A DNA stretch of 64,000 nt. It comes from Anaerolineaceae bacterium (lineage in GTDB: Bacteria; Chloroflexota; Anaerolineae; Anaerolineales; Anaerolineaceae). The DNA lies in NCBI GenBank assembly GCA_029975475.1, contig JARKPB010000003.1:258067-322066 (forward strand), written 5' to 3'. Shown one piece after another: positions 45,706-54,836 of the stretch. A model generated the notes under the pieces. That model was given only the letters and a program-made list of their open reading frames with translations. It was not told the DNA's origin and did not search any database. Within the stretch, counting starts at the first letter, position 1; each line of letters opens with the position of its first letter. The position numbers and the translations under genes are program-made.

Positions 45706-47598
45706 TTACGCCGCTGATTTTGTTTTTTGAGTCAGGAGTGAAACCACCACCAGGGTGATAAAACTGAGGGGGATCGAGATGATACCCGGATTACTGATCG
45801 GTATCGGCGCATCCAGCGGATTTAACCCGTAAAGGGTATACAGCTCCGGTGATAGCGCGATCAGCGCCAGCGAAGACAGCATCCCGGTGAGAATCGAAGC
45901 GGCGATCCCGCGAGCGGTGGTCTTCTTCCAGAACAGCAGCATGACAATCGCCGGCAAATTGGCTGAGGCAGCCACCGCGAATGCCAGGCCGACCAGGAAG
46001 GACACATTCATCCCCTTGAAGAGGATACCGAGCAGGATCGCGATACCGCCGATCACGAAAGCAGAGATCTTGCCAGCCCGGACTTTTTGCCGGTCATCCA
46101 TTTTAAACTTAAAAAAGCGGTCAAACAGATCATGCGCCACCGCGCCCGAAGCCGCCACGATTAAACCGCTGACCGTTCCCAGCACAGTGGCAAACGCGAT
46201 CGCGGAGATGACCGCGAAGAGAATTTCGCTGAAAGACCGTGCCAGAAGCGGCGCTGCCATGTTGCTGTCCGCCGGATTCAGGCTGCCGTTGACCATGGCG
46301 CCCAGCCCCATGAACAGGGTCAGAATATAGAAAAAGCCGATCGCGGCGATCGCCACAATGGTAGATTTCCGCGCGCTGGCCGGGCTGGGAACGGTGTAAT
46401 AGCGGATCAGGATGTGCGGAAGCGCTGCCGTGCCCAGGAAGAGCGCCAGCATCAAGGAGAGGAAGTCTAACCGCTCAAAGAATGTACCTTCGAGTTTAAA
46501 CTTCAGGCCGGGGCGCATGATCCGGTCGCCGGAGACCAGTTTGGGATAGTAGACGGTTACCTTGTGGCCTTCACTGTCAGTAAACGCGCTAGATTTCCAG
46601 GTCTTGACCAGCGTACCCTTGTCGGTGATATCCGCCAGGAACTCGAATACAGAAAGCGGGCCGGTTTTTACATTGGTCTCGCCGCGAACGGCTTCCAGGT
46701 TGCCCACCTGGCGCAATTGATTGCTTTCTGAGGCTGGCGCGCCGTTGATCCATTTACCGTCCGGTCTGACGACCACGTACTGCCCCTCTTCCAGCGTCAA
46801 CCCGCCATCCGATTCGACCGCGTGCCACCAGGAATCCTTTCCGTCTTTTTGCAGCCTGACAAACTCCAGCCCCCCCTTCACCTGCTGGATCTCAACCACC
46901 GTGTACGCCGGATCAGCCACCTGAATGTCCGCGCCGCTGCGGGTGGCGGCCAGCTTGGCGTATGGATATAATTCAACTTTCCCGCCCTGGTCAGGGTGGG
47001 TGGTAAGGCCGCGCGCGACCACCGCGCCCACCAGAATGGTAGAGAAAATGATCAACAGCGCGCCTTTCAGGAACTGCACATAGGTCGTGGAGGCCATCCC
47101 GGCTGTGGCGACGATGGTGATCACAATCGCGCCCACCATCAACACCCCCCAGGCATGCGGAATGCCCAGCAGCGGCTCGACCAGCACGCCCGCGCCAACC
47201 ATCTGGGGGATCAGATAGCAGATAGATACCACCAGCGTGCTGATGGCAGCCGCCAGTTTGATTCCGCGCGAGTTGTAATTGGCGTCCACCGCGTCGGTAA
47301 AGGTGTATTTACCCAGGCGCTTGAGCGGTTCGGCTACCACAAACAGCGCCACCACCCACCCGGCCAGGTAACCGATCGAATATAAAAACCCGTCATAACC
47401 GATGGTCGCGATCAGGCCGCAAATTCCCAGGAAGGACGCGGCGGAAAGATAATCACCGGCAAAGGCAATCCCGTTCACCCCCCAGTGAATTTTCCCGCCC
47501 GCCGCGTAATATCCGCTGGATGTTCGCGTTTTGTTTCCCAGATAAAAGGACAGACCAACAACCAGGACAACAAAGAGGACAAAAATGAGGATCGCCAT
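45706..47598 (-). CDS. actP: Cation/acetate symporter ActP-like (SSS family) with a large extramembrane insertion
   Basis: SSGYYAAGGKIHWGVNGIAFAGDYLSAASFLG, and GTAALPHILIRYYT (compare E. coli GLPHILMRFFT). Sits immediately downstream of a DUF485 gene, as in yjcH-actP. Start at the ATG at 47598. Confidence 0.85.
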   Translation of the reverse strand: MAILIFVLFVVLVVGLSFYLGNKTRTSSGYYAAGGKIHWGVNGIAFAGDYLSAASFLGICGLIATIGYDGFLYSIGYLAGWVVALFVVAEPLKRLGKYTFTDAVDANYNSRGIKLAAAISTLVVSICYLIPQMVGAGVLVEPLLGIPHAWGVLMVGAIVITIVATAGMASTTYVQFLKGALLIIFSTILVGAVVARGLTTHPDQGGKVELYPYAKLAATRSGADIQVADPAYTVVEIQQVKGGLEFVRLQKDGKDSWWHAVESDGGLTLEEGQYVVVRPDGKWINGAPASESNQLRQVGNLEAVRGETNVKTGPLSVFEFLADITDKGTLVKTWKSSAFTDSEGHKVTVYYPKLVSGDRIMRPGLKFKLEGTFFERLDFLSLMLALFLGTAALPHILIRYYTVPSPASARKSTIVAIAAIGFFYILTLFMGLGAMVNGSLNPADSNMAAPLLARSFSEILFAVISAIAFATVLGTVSGLIVAASGAVAHDLFDRFFKFKMDDRQKVRAGKISAFVIGGIAILLGILFKGMNVSFLVGLAFAVAASANLPAIVMLLFWKKTTARGIAASILTGMLSSLALIALSPELYTLYGLNPLDAPIPISNPGIISIPLSFITLVVVSLLTQKTKSAA

Positions 47599-47603
47599 GA
47601 GGT

Positions 47604-47891
47604 TTATTCCTGCCCCTTTTCCAGATTTTTGTAATATGCTTCTTTTCGCCGGCACAGCCAGTCATAAATCAACGCTTCTGCCAGCGCCACAATGATTAGC
47701 GCAAAACCATACACGGTTGCCAGGTTCAAGCCGGCAAAAACCACCTCCGCCATCGCCTGGGGTTTGAGCAGGTTGATGGCGACAAATGAGGCGTAAAATA
47801 ACGCGTACGCCAGGAACATCCAGATGCCGAGGCGTACTTTAAATGGACTCGCAGGGTCTTTCCCTGCCGGGGTTGCGGGCTCGTGTAACAC
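47604..47891 (-). CDS. DUF485 (YjcH-like) small inner-membrane protein
   Basis: 95 aa with two TM helices (LGIWMFLAYALFYASFVAINLL and LATVYGFALIIVALAEALIY). GTG start. Stop lies 5 nt before actP. Confidence 0.75.
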   Translation of the reverse strand: MLHEPATPAGKDPASPFKVRLGIWMFLAYALFYASFVAINLLKPQAMAEVVFAGLNLATVYGFALIIVALAEALIYDWLCRRKEAYYKNLEKGQE

Positions 47892-48070
47892 AGCGGCAGC
47901 TCCTATTCATTATGTCTGGGGATAAGTTTTCTAATTATATATTAATCTTGTCAAAAACCATAACGAAATTCTATTTTGTTAGGTCAGATGCGCCCACCTG
48001 AACACACAGCCGGCGGCCCACCCCCATCACCCGGCCGGGCAATTTCAACCAGATCCGGAGCGAAGATGAA

Positions 48071-49084
48071 TTAAGCGTTTGGGAAAGCCCGGCGGTACGC
48101 CGCGATGACGGCATCCCAGCGCTGGTTGGCTGCTGCATCAATTGTCTGGCGCGCCGGGTCGCCCTCAAACCAGGCCAGCGAGCGGCGCACCCCCTCGGAC
48201 CAGGTTACCTTGCAGTTGAGTTCGGGAACGTAGCGCTTGATTTTACTGTTATCAAAGATCACGCTGTTGGCTTTGTCCCCGATCAGAGAACCGGTGTAGT
48301 GCCCGTCATAAGCGGCCAGCAGGTCAGACGGGATATGCACAAAATCCGCCTCCACCCCGACCGCCCGCGCGGTTTCGGCATAAATTTGATTCCAGGTCAA
48401 GACTTCTTCTGAAGTGATATGAAAGGCTTCGCCCAGGGCAGCGGGGTTGCCAAATAAACCCACCATCCCGACCGCGAAATCGGCATTCCAGGTTAATACC
48501 CACAGCGAAGTCCCGTCGCCGGGGATAATCACCGGCTGTCTGGTTTTCATCCGTTGGATGACCGTGTAGGGGTGCTGCCATGAGTTGACCGCCAGCGGAA
48601 TTTGCGTAGGCCCGTAGGTGAGCGAAGGCCGGATCACGGTCGCTGGAAACTTTCGGTCTTGCCAGGCCTGCATCAGGCGCGCTTCGCAGGCAATCTTATC
48701 GCGCGAATATTGCCAGTAGGGATTATCCAGCGGGGTTTCTTCGGTAATCCGGTAATGGCGCGGCGGCTTCTGATAGGCGCTGGCTGAGCTGATAAATAGA
48801 AACTGGCCGCAGCGCCCTTCAAACACGGCCAGGTCGCGCTCAATATCCGCCGGGGTATAAGCGATCCAGTCCACCACCACATCAAACTCTTCTCCCGCCA
48901 GCGCGCTGCGGACGGCCTCCGCGCCGGCCTGCACATCCGCCCGCACCAGCCGCGCGCCAGCCGGAGGCGCATACTTCTCCGACTGAGATCGATTCAGGAG
49001 CGTCAGGTCGTGGCCGCGCTGCACCGCCAGTTCCGAGCAGGCGGAAGAAATTAACCCGGTCCCGCCGATAAAGAGGACCTTCAT
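48071..49084 (-). CDS. NAD-dependent epimerase/dehydratase (extended SDR) family protein
   Basis: MKVLFIGGTGLISSA Rossmann GxxGxxG. YxxxK region YWQYSRDKIACE. Confidence 0.8.
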   Translation of the reverse strand: MKVLFIGGTGLISSACSELAVQRGHDLTLLNRSQSEKYAPPAGARLVRADVQAGAEAVRSALAGEEFDVVVDWIAYTPADIERDLAVFEGRCGQFLFISSASAYQKPPRHYRITEETPLDNPYWQYSRDKIACEARLMQAWQDRKFPATVIRPSLTYGPTQIPLAVNSWQHPYTVIQRMKTRQPVIIPGDGTSLWVLTWNADFAVGMVGLFGNPAALGEAFHITSEEVLTWNQIYAETARAVGVEADFVHIPSDLLAAYDGHYTGSLIGDKANSVIFDNSKIKRYVPELNCKVTWSEGVRRSLAWFEGDPARQTIDAAANQRWDAVIAAYRRAFPNA

Positions 49085-49087
49085 CTC

Positions 49088-50155
49088 TTACCTCCTCGTC
49101 TTTTCCGCCGGCAAACTAACCAGCTGCCCGGCAAGCAAAGCCAGATCTTCTGGTATCGGGATCTGCTCCACCTGGCCGTTGTCTGCCAGTACCGCCATCT
49201 GCGGGTCAACCGCCAGCCGGGCTGAGAGCGGCGCTGCGCAAGCCCTGGCGGTCTCTTCCGCGTGGCTGGGTCCAAAGATTTCATGCGCTTTGCCCGTATC
49301 CGGGCAGCGGTAATAGCTCATGTTTTCCACCACCCCGATCACCGGGATGGAGAGCTTTTCCAGCAGACCGTAAGCCTTTTGCACCACCATTCCGGCCAGC
49401 GCCTGCGGGGTGGTCACCATCACCGCGGCCGATACCGGCAGCGCCTGCATGACCGTCAGGGTCGCGTCTCCGGTGCCCGGAGGTAAGTCGACCAGTAAAA
49501 CATCCAGCCTGCCCCAGAGCACATCCTTCCAAAACTGGTGAATGGTCCCGGTAATTAACGGGCCGCGCCAGATAACCGCCTGGGTCTCCTCAGCCAGCAG
49601 CAGATTGGTTGAAATCACCCGAATGCCGCTGCGCGTGGCAGCCGGCAAAATACCCTGCGGGCCGCCGCGCAGTCCGCCCGATGGCAGCCCGAACAAACGC
49701 GGGATGCTCGGCCCGGTGATGTCAGCGTCCAGGATGCCAACTTTTTTTTCCTGTCGGGCTAGCGCGCAGGCCAACAGCGCTGTTACTGAAGACTTGCCCA
49801 CCCCGCCTTTGCCGCTGAGCACAGCCACAACCCGTTCGATCCGGCTCATGTGGTTCAATTGCGGCAAAACCGGCGCCGCGCTGCCCATAACCGCCCGGCG
49901 TTCTTCATCGGTCATCGCGCCTAATGCAACATCCACCGAACGCACCCCTTCCAGAGCTTCCACCGCCTGCCGGGCGTTTGCTTTTAATTGCTCGCGCAGC
50001 GGACAGCTGGCCACCGTCAACGCCAGGGTGAAGGACACCGCCCCCTGCGGGCTGACCGAGAGATCGCGAATCATGTTCAATTCGACCAGATTTTTCCCCA
50101 GTTCGGGGTCAATTACCCTGCTCAGGGCGTCTCGCACCGTTTGCTCATTCAGCAT
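49088..50155 (-). CDS. Mrp/NBP35/ApbC-family Fe-S cluster carrier ATPase with N-terminal DUF59
   Basis: DUF59: VRDALSRVIDPELGKNLVELNMI. Deviant Walker A: VLSGKGGVGKSSVTALLA. LLVDLPPGTGD. CPDTGK Cys motif. Confidence 0.9.
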   Translation of the reverse strand: MLNEQTVRDALSRVIDPELGKNLVELNMIRDLSVSPQGAVSFTLALTVASCPLREQLKANARQAVEALEGVRSVDVALGAMTDEERRAVMGSAAPVLPQLNHMSRIERVVAVLSGKGGVGKSSVTALLACALARQEKKVGILDADITGPSIPRLFGLPSGGLRGGPQGILPAATRSGIRVISTNLLLAEETQAVIWRGPLITGTIHQFWKDVLWGRLDVLLVDLPPGTGDATLTVMQALPVSAAVMVTTPQALAGMVVQKAYGLLEKLSIPVIGVVENMSYYRCPDTGKAHEIFGPSHAEETARACAAPLSARLAVDPQMAVLADNGQVEQIPIPEDLALLAGQLVSLPAEKTRR

Positions 50156-50253
50156 CGCCGTTCCTCCAGGTTCAAAATCTCATTTTACCCCATTCGGGCA
50201 GCCGGCGGCTTTTGTGATTTTCACATCCTGCGTACAATTATTCCAAGGGTATT

Positions 50254-51846
50254 ATGGAATCGCCCCGCTTCCACCCGCGCGAATGGGTCTTTGTGTTTTT
50301 GGCCGGTCTGGCCATCCTGCTGGCAGCCAGCCTGCCGTTTCTTTCCGGCTGGCTCTTTCCGGCTGGGGGAGCGGTTTACACCGGCGCCGCAGTGGCCGCC
50401 CCGGACTATTACTCCTATCTGGCAAAAATTCGCCAGGGCATGAACGGCAGCTGGAATTATCATCTAGCCTTCAGCAGCCAGCAGCACCCAGGCGCTCCGC
50501 TGTTTCTGTATTACCTGGCTCTCGGCCGCGCCGCGGACTGGCTGGGACTGGCGCCGCCGGCCGCCTATCACCTGGCGCGGCTGGTCAACAGCATGCTGTT
50601 CTTCGCCGCGCTTTACGCTTTCATTGGTCTCTTCAGCGAAAATCTCCGCGAACGCCGTTATCTGTTCTTCTTCACCGCGCTAACTTCCGGGCTGGGCTGG
50701 CTTTCGCTGCTGGCGGGTCACCTGACCACCAGCGACCTCAGCATTCCGGAATCCAATCCTTTTTACAGCCTGCTGGCCGCGGCGCATTTTCCGCTCAGCG
50801 CAGCTGCTGTGCTGATCTTCTTTCTGCTGCTCGCGCTGCCGCCGGCTGGCGCGCTGCGCCGGCGGATGACCATCTGGCTGCTGCTCGCGCTGATCTGCGC
50901 CCTGCTGATGTTCTTACAGCCCTTCCTGGCAGCGGTTTATCTCTCTGCGGGCGGTATCTATCTGCTGGCAGTCTGGAGACTGGAAGGCCGCTTTCCGGGG
51001 TTGATATTTTGGCGGCTGGTTGTGTCAACCGCTGTGTGCGCCTCGCTGGCCGTATGGACCTGGCAAACCCTCAGCCAGGATCCCTTTCTAATAAACTGGC
51101 AGCGCCAAAACTGGACCCCCTCACCTCCCGTCTGGGATTACCTGCTGGGCTTTGGGCTGCCGCTGCTGGCAGCCGGTTTCGGGCTGGTCTGGGCCTGGCG
51201 GCAAAAGCAGGCCCGCTGGTGGTTGATTTTTGGCTGGATCCTGGCGGCCGCCATTGGCCTGTACGCCCCCACCCTGCTGCAGCGCCGCTTCTCCCTCGGA
51301 TTGCACATCCCCATCGCCCTGCTGGGAGGAATGGGTGTGCTGCGGGTCTGGGCGTCCGGCAGGAGCCCGCGGCGGGCATCCGCCGTCGCGGCGGTATTTA
51401 TGATCCTCAGCGCGCTCACCAGCCTGTTGCTGGTCATTATTGGCTGGCTGGGTGTGCGCAGCGGAGATGAACGCGTGTACTTATCCCGTGATGAAGCGGC
51501 TGCTCTGACCTGGCTGGAGAACAACGCTGCCCCGCTCGAGGTTGCCAGCGGCAGCGACAGCCTGAACCAGTTCATCCCGGCTTTCACTGATCTGCGCGCG
51601 GTGAGCGGACACGCATTTGAAACCGCGGATTATCTGAAAACCGCAGCCCGCCTCGAAGACATCCTCTCCGGCCGCCTCAGCCCGACAGAGATGGCTGCCC
51701 AGCTGGCTGAATGGCGGGTCAGTTATCTGATCATCGGCCCGCGCGAAACCCGCCCGCTCGCCCCGCGCTGGGCTGAATTGCCGTTTCTTTCCCCGGTCTT
51801 CCAGTCCGGGACTGTCACCATCTACCGCATTACCCTGAACCATTAA
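50254..51846 (+). CDS. Polytopic membrane protein, GT-C-fold glycosyltransferase-like (ArnT/PMT-like layout) with a C-terminal soluble domain
   Basis: At least 11 hydrophobic segments, followed by a ~120-aa soluble tail (RVYLSRDEAAALTWLENNAAP...). The family assignment rests on architecture only. Confidence 0.5.
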   Translation: MESPRFHPREWVFVFLAGLAILLAASLPFLSGWLFPAGGAVYTGAAVAAPDYYSYLAKIRQGMNGSWNYHLAFSSQQHPGAPLFLYYLALGRAADWLGLAPPAAYHLARLVNSMLFFAALYAFIGLFSENLRERRYLFFFTALTSGLGWLSLLAGHLTTSDLSIPESNPFYSLLAAAHFPLSAAAVLIFFLLLALPPAGALRRRMTIWLLLALICALLMFLQPFLAAVYLSAGGIYLLAVWRLEGRFPGLIFWRLVVSTAVCASLAVWTWQTLSQDPFLINWQRQNWTPSPPVWDYLLGFGLPLLAAGFGLVWAWRQKQARWWLIFGWILAAAIGLYAPTLLQRRFSLGLHIPIALLGGMGVLRVWASGRSPRRASAVAAVFMILSALTSLLLVIIGWLGVRSGDERVYLSRDEAAALTWLENNAAPLEVASGSDSLNQFIPAFTDLRAVSGHAFETADYLKTAARLEDILSGRLSPTEMAAQLAEWRVSYLIIGPRETRPLAPRWAELPFLSPVFQSGTVTIYRITLNH

Positions 51847-51857
51847 GGAGGTCGAAT

Positions 51858-52898
51858 ATGCAAGAACAAAGAATGCTCAAGGGTCCCGGCCCGCTGCTCG
51901 ACCCGTTCGGAAACCTGGCAGATGTCGGCTGGGCGCGCCAGCCGCTGCTGGACTGCAACCTGGAAGCCATTAACATTTACAGCACGTTCAAGTTCTGGCA
52001 GCGTTTTCGCCTGAAACGCTGGGATTATTACGCTGTCACCACCCCAACCCATTTCTTCTCATTCACCCTGGGAGATATTGGTTACCTTGGCCAGGTTTTT
52101 GCCTACGTGATTGAGTTCGCGACAAAACGCGTCCATGAGGAAACGCTGACCATCCCGCTTTCAAAAGGGATCTGGCTGCCGCGCAACAGTACCGAAGGCA
52201 ACAGCTTCTTTGATAACGGAAAAGTGTCCATGCGCTTTCAGGCATTGCCTGGCGAGCGGAAAATCACGGTGAACTGGCCGGGCTTTGACGGGGCTGGTTT
52301 GAACGCTGAAATTCGTCTGGCGCTGGCTGAAGAGCATGAATCAACCGTTATCGTCATTCCCATGCCCAACCGCCGTTTTTATTACAACCGCAAGATCAAC
52401 TGCATGCCCGCCAGCGGATGGGTGGAGCACCTCGGCCAGCGCTACACGCTCGAAGCGCAAACCTGCCTGGGCAACCTGGACTGGGGCCGCGGCATCTGGG
52501 AATACAATTCCTTCTGGGTGTGGGCCAGCGCTTCCGGTTTTCTGGCCGACCGGCGCACCATCGGCCTGAACCTCGGTTTTGGTTTTGGCGACACCTCGGC
52601 GGCCACAGAAAACACCCTGATCGTCAACGGCAAAGTCCACAAACTCGGCGCGGTGGATTTCAGGTACAACCGTCCCAATTACAGCGCTCCCTGGCGCATG
52701 ACCAGCGCCGATGGGCGCCTGGATCTGACCTTCACCCCCTTCCTGGAGCGCCTCGCCCGCACTGATTTTATCCTGCTTTCCAGCGAGGTCCACCAGATGT
52801 TCGGGCGCTACAACGGCACGGCGGTATTAGACAACGGAGAAAAAATCACCATCAATGATCTGACCGGCTTCGCCGAGGAACACCACGCCCGCTGGTGA
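51858..52898 (+). CDS. DUF2804-like protein
   Basis: LLDPFGNLADVGWARQPLLDCNL...RLKRWDYYAVTTPTHFFSFTLGDIGYLGQVFAYVIEF matches my memory of the DUF2804 N-terminal pattern (KRWDYW...). About 346 aa. 11-nt gap after the upstream gene. Confidence 0.55.
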   Translation: MQEQRMLKGPGPLLDPFGNLADVGWARQPLLDCNLEAINIYSTFKFWQRFRLKRWDYYAVTTPTHFFSFTLGDIGYLGQVFAYVIEFATKRVHEETLTIPLSKGIWLPRNSTEGNSFFDNGKVSMRFQALPGERKITVNWPGFDGAGLNAEIRLALAEEHESTVIVIPMPNRRFYYNRKINCMPASGWVEHLGQRYTLEAQTCLGNLDWGRGIWEYNSFWVWASASGFLADRRTIGLNLGFGFGDTSAATENTLIVNGKVHKLGAVDFRYNRPNYSAPWRMTSADGRLDLTFTPFLERLARTDFILLSSEVHQMFGRYNGTAVLDNGEKITINDLTGFAEEHHARW

Positions 52899-52917
52899 TC
52901 CCCTGCTTAAACCCGAT

Positions 52918-52944
52918 ATGCCCGCCAGCCGGCGGGCATTTTTT
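52918..52944 (+). terminator. Intrinsic terminator after the DUF2804 gene
   Basis: Stem ATGCCCGCC / GGCGGGCAT, loop AGCC, then T6. Confidence 0.8.
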
Positions 52945-53014
52945 AGCCAACTTTTCACTGAGGCAAGCTCAGGCAGGTATAATAAGAGGCATTCCTTCAT
53001 GAAGAGGTGGTAAT

Positions 53015-53911
53015 ATGATCAACAGCCCTTCAGTCACAGACGCCGAACGTTCTCGCGCCATCCGGTTGATCAAATACCTGCTCTTCAGCGCGACGCTGGT
53101 ACCAGCGGCGTTGGCCGGCGGCATCGCCCTCAGCCGCGGCAGCCTGCGGATATCAGAATGGCTGCTGGCCGCTTTCGGGCTGCTCATCGGCCAGGCTGGC
53201 GGTGATTACCTCTATTATTACTTTACCCACTATCACACCGACAGCCGCGACGCCCATACCAAAATTTTCGCGGGATGGCGTCCGCTGTTCACCCCGGGCT
53301 GGATCCCCCAGCAGCGCACCCTGCTGGCCGGTATCCTTTGCCTTGCTCTGGATGCGCTCATCGGGCTGTATTTTCTCTCGCGCTACGGTCTGCCGGTCCT
53401 CTGGCTGGCGCTGGCCGGAGCCGCGGCTGCTTTTCTTTTCACGCCGTTAATGCTGCGAGGTTTAAAGGAACCGGTGGTCTTCCTGACCTTTGGTCCGCTC
53501 TGCCTGTACGGTATGGTGTACGTCCTCACCGGTGATCTTTCGCCGCGCACCGTTTTGATCTCCCTGCCAGTCGGCTTTCTGGTGACCATCGTGGCTTACC
53601 TGAAAGGAGCCCGCTACCGGGTGGAGGAAGAAAACGGCAGCGCGATTGTCATGCGCCTGGACGTGCGAATTCTGGCCGGGCTGCTGGCGGCTGCTTACCT
53701 GAGCATCCTGGCCGGGGTGCTACTGGGCTGGTTTACCCCCTGGGCGCTGCTGACCGCCCTGACCATCCCCCAGGCCGCGGACTTCACCCGCAAGGCCGCC
53801 CGAAAAAAGACCATCGCCGATTATCTCTGGTTGACAGTCGCCGCGCAAATTGTTTTTATTGAAACCGGGCTGCTCCTGACCCTGTCATTTCTTCTTCCAA
53901 AAATTATCTGA
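53015..53911 (+). CDS. UbiA-fold prenyltransferase paralogue with degenerate Asp-rich motifs
   Basis: Aligns along its length with the downstream UbiA-family gene. Motif 1 reads GDYLYYYF instead of DFVDDYFD. Motif 2 reads RYRVEEENGSAI instead of DVPDDIKSGKRT. Confidence 0.65.
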   Translation: MINSPSVTDAERSRAIRLIKYLLFSATLVPAALAGGIALSRGSLRISEWLLAAFGLLIGQAGGDYLYYYFTHYHTDSRDAHTKIFAGWRPLFTPGWIPQQRTLLAGILCLALDALIGLYFLSRYGLPVLWLALAGAAAAFLFTPLMLRGLKEPVVFLTFGPLCLYGMVYVLTGDLSPRTVLISLPVGFLVTIVAYLKGARYRVEEENGSAIVMRLDVRILAGLLAAAYLSILAGVLLGWFTPWALLTALTIPQAADFTRKAARKKTIADYLWLTVAAQIVFIETGLLLTLSFLLPKII

Positions 53912-53925
53912 CAAAGAGGCGAGGT

Positions 53926-54825
53926 ATGAAACGCTGGTTGATAACCTGGTTCAAGGCTGCCCGCGCGCCCTTTTTAGTGGTCAGCCTGCTGCCAGCCCTG
54001 CTGGGGGGCGTAATGGCAGCCGCGCGCGGCAGTTTTGATGTCGGAATCTTCCTGTTTGCCACCCTGGGTGTGGTAATGGCGCACTCCGCTGCGGATTTTG
54101 TGGATGACTATTTTGACTTCAAGAAAGGCAACCTGGGGAATAAAGTCCAGCAGTTCCACGACAGCCCGCTTATCAGCGGTGAGGTGTCCCTCAACCAGGT
54201 GCTGATTGCCATCGGGATCTGCCTGCTGGCGGCCTTTCTATCCGGCGTTTATGTGCTGGTCAAAGTTGGGCTGCCGGTGGTCATCCTGGTAGCCGCCGGG
54301 CTGTTTATTGTTTTCTTCTATACCTCGCCGCCGCTCAGGCTCAACTACCGCGGTCTGGGGGAGACCCTGCTCTTCCTGGCTTTCGGCCCTTTGATCGTGG
54401 TTGGAATCGTCTACGTCTTGAGCGGATCTTTCAGCTGGGAAGCCCTGGTAGTGTCGCTTGTGCCGGGAATCTTCACCATGAACGTTGGCATTGTCAGCAA
54501 CACCTTTGACGTCCCGGATGACATCAAATCCGGCAAGCGCACCCTGCCGGTGCGCTTTGGTCAGGCCTTCGCGGTGCGCCTGATGGCGGTCGATTCAATC
54601 ACAGCCTATCTGGCGGTCGCGCTGGGGGCTGCATTCGGTTTGCTGCCGGCCTGGTCGTGGCTGGCGCTGCTCACGATACCCCTTGCCTGGAATGCTGTGC
54701 AGCACGCCAGCCGGTATAACGAGGAAACACACTACGCCCCGGCTATGGGCCGCGCGATCGCGCTTTCCGCGCTGGCCACGCTGGCGCTGACAGCGGCTTA
54801 CGCGCTTACCCTGTGGGCAGGATAA
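53926..54825 (+). CDS. UbiA-family (MenA-like) polyprenyltransferase
   Basis: HSAADFVDDYFDFKKG (first Asp-rich motif) and FDVPDDIKSGKRTLPVRFG (second motif). About 8-9 TM helices. Confidence 0.8.
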   Translation: MKRWLITWFKAARAPFLVVSLLPALLGGVMAAARGSFDVGIFLFATLGVVMAHSAADFVDDYFDFKKGNLGNKVQQFHDSPLISGEVSLNQVLIAIGICLLAAFLSGVYVLVKVGLPVVILVAAGLFIVFFYTSPPLRLNYRGLGETLLFLAFGPLIVVGIVYVLSGSFSWEALVVSLVPGIFTMNVGIVSNTFDVPDDIKSGKRTLPVRFGQAFAVRLMAVDSITAYLAVALGAAFGLLPAWSWLALLTIPLAWNAVQHASRYNEETHYAPAMGRAIALSALATLALTAAYALTLWAG

Positions 54826-54836
54826 TTTTCGGCTGA

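Noticed and set aside
47892-48070. The AT-rich 180-nt spacer upstream of DUF485-actP, considered as a candidate riboswitch or sRNA.
   Set aside because: I could find only a TTGACA without a properly spaced -10 element, and no conserved RNA motif or stable hairpin with a U-run. It is most simply a promoter region. I cannot support a feature call.
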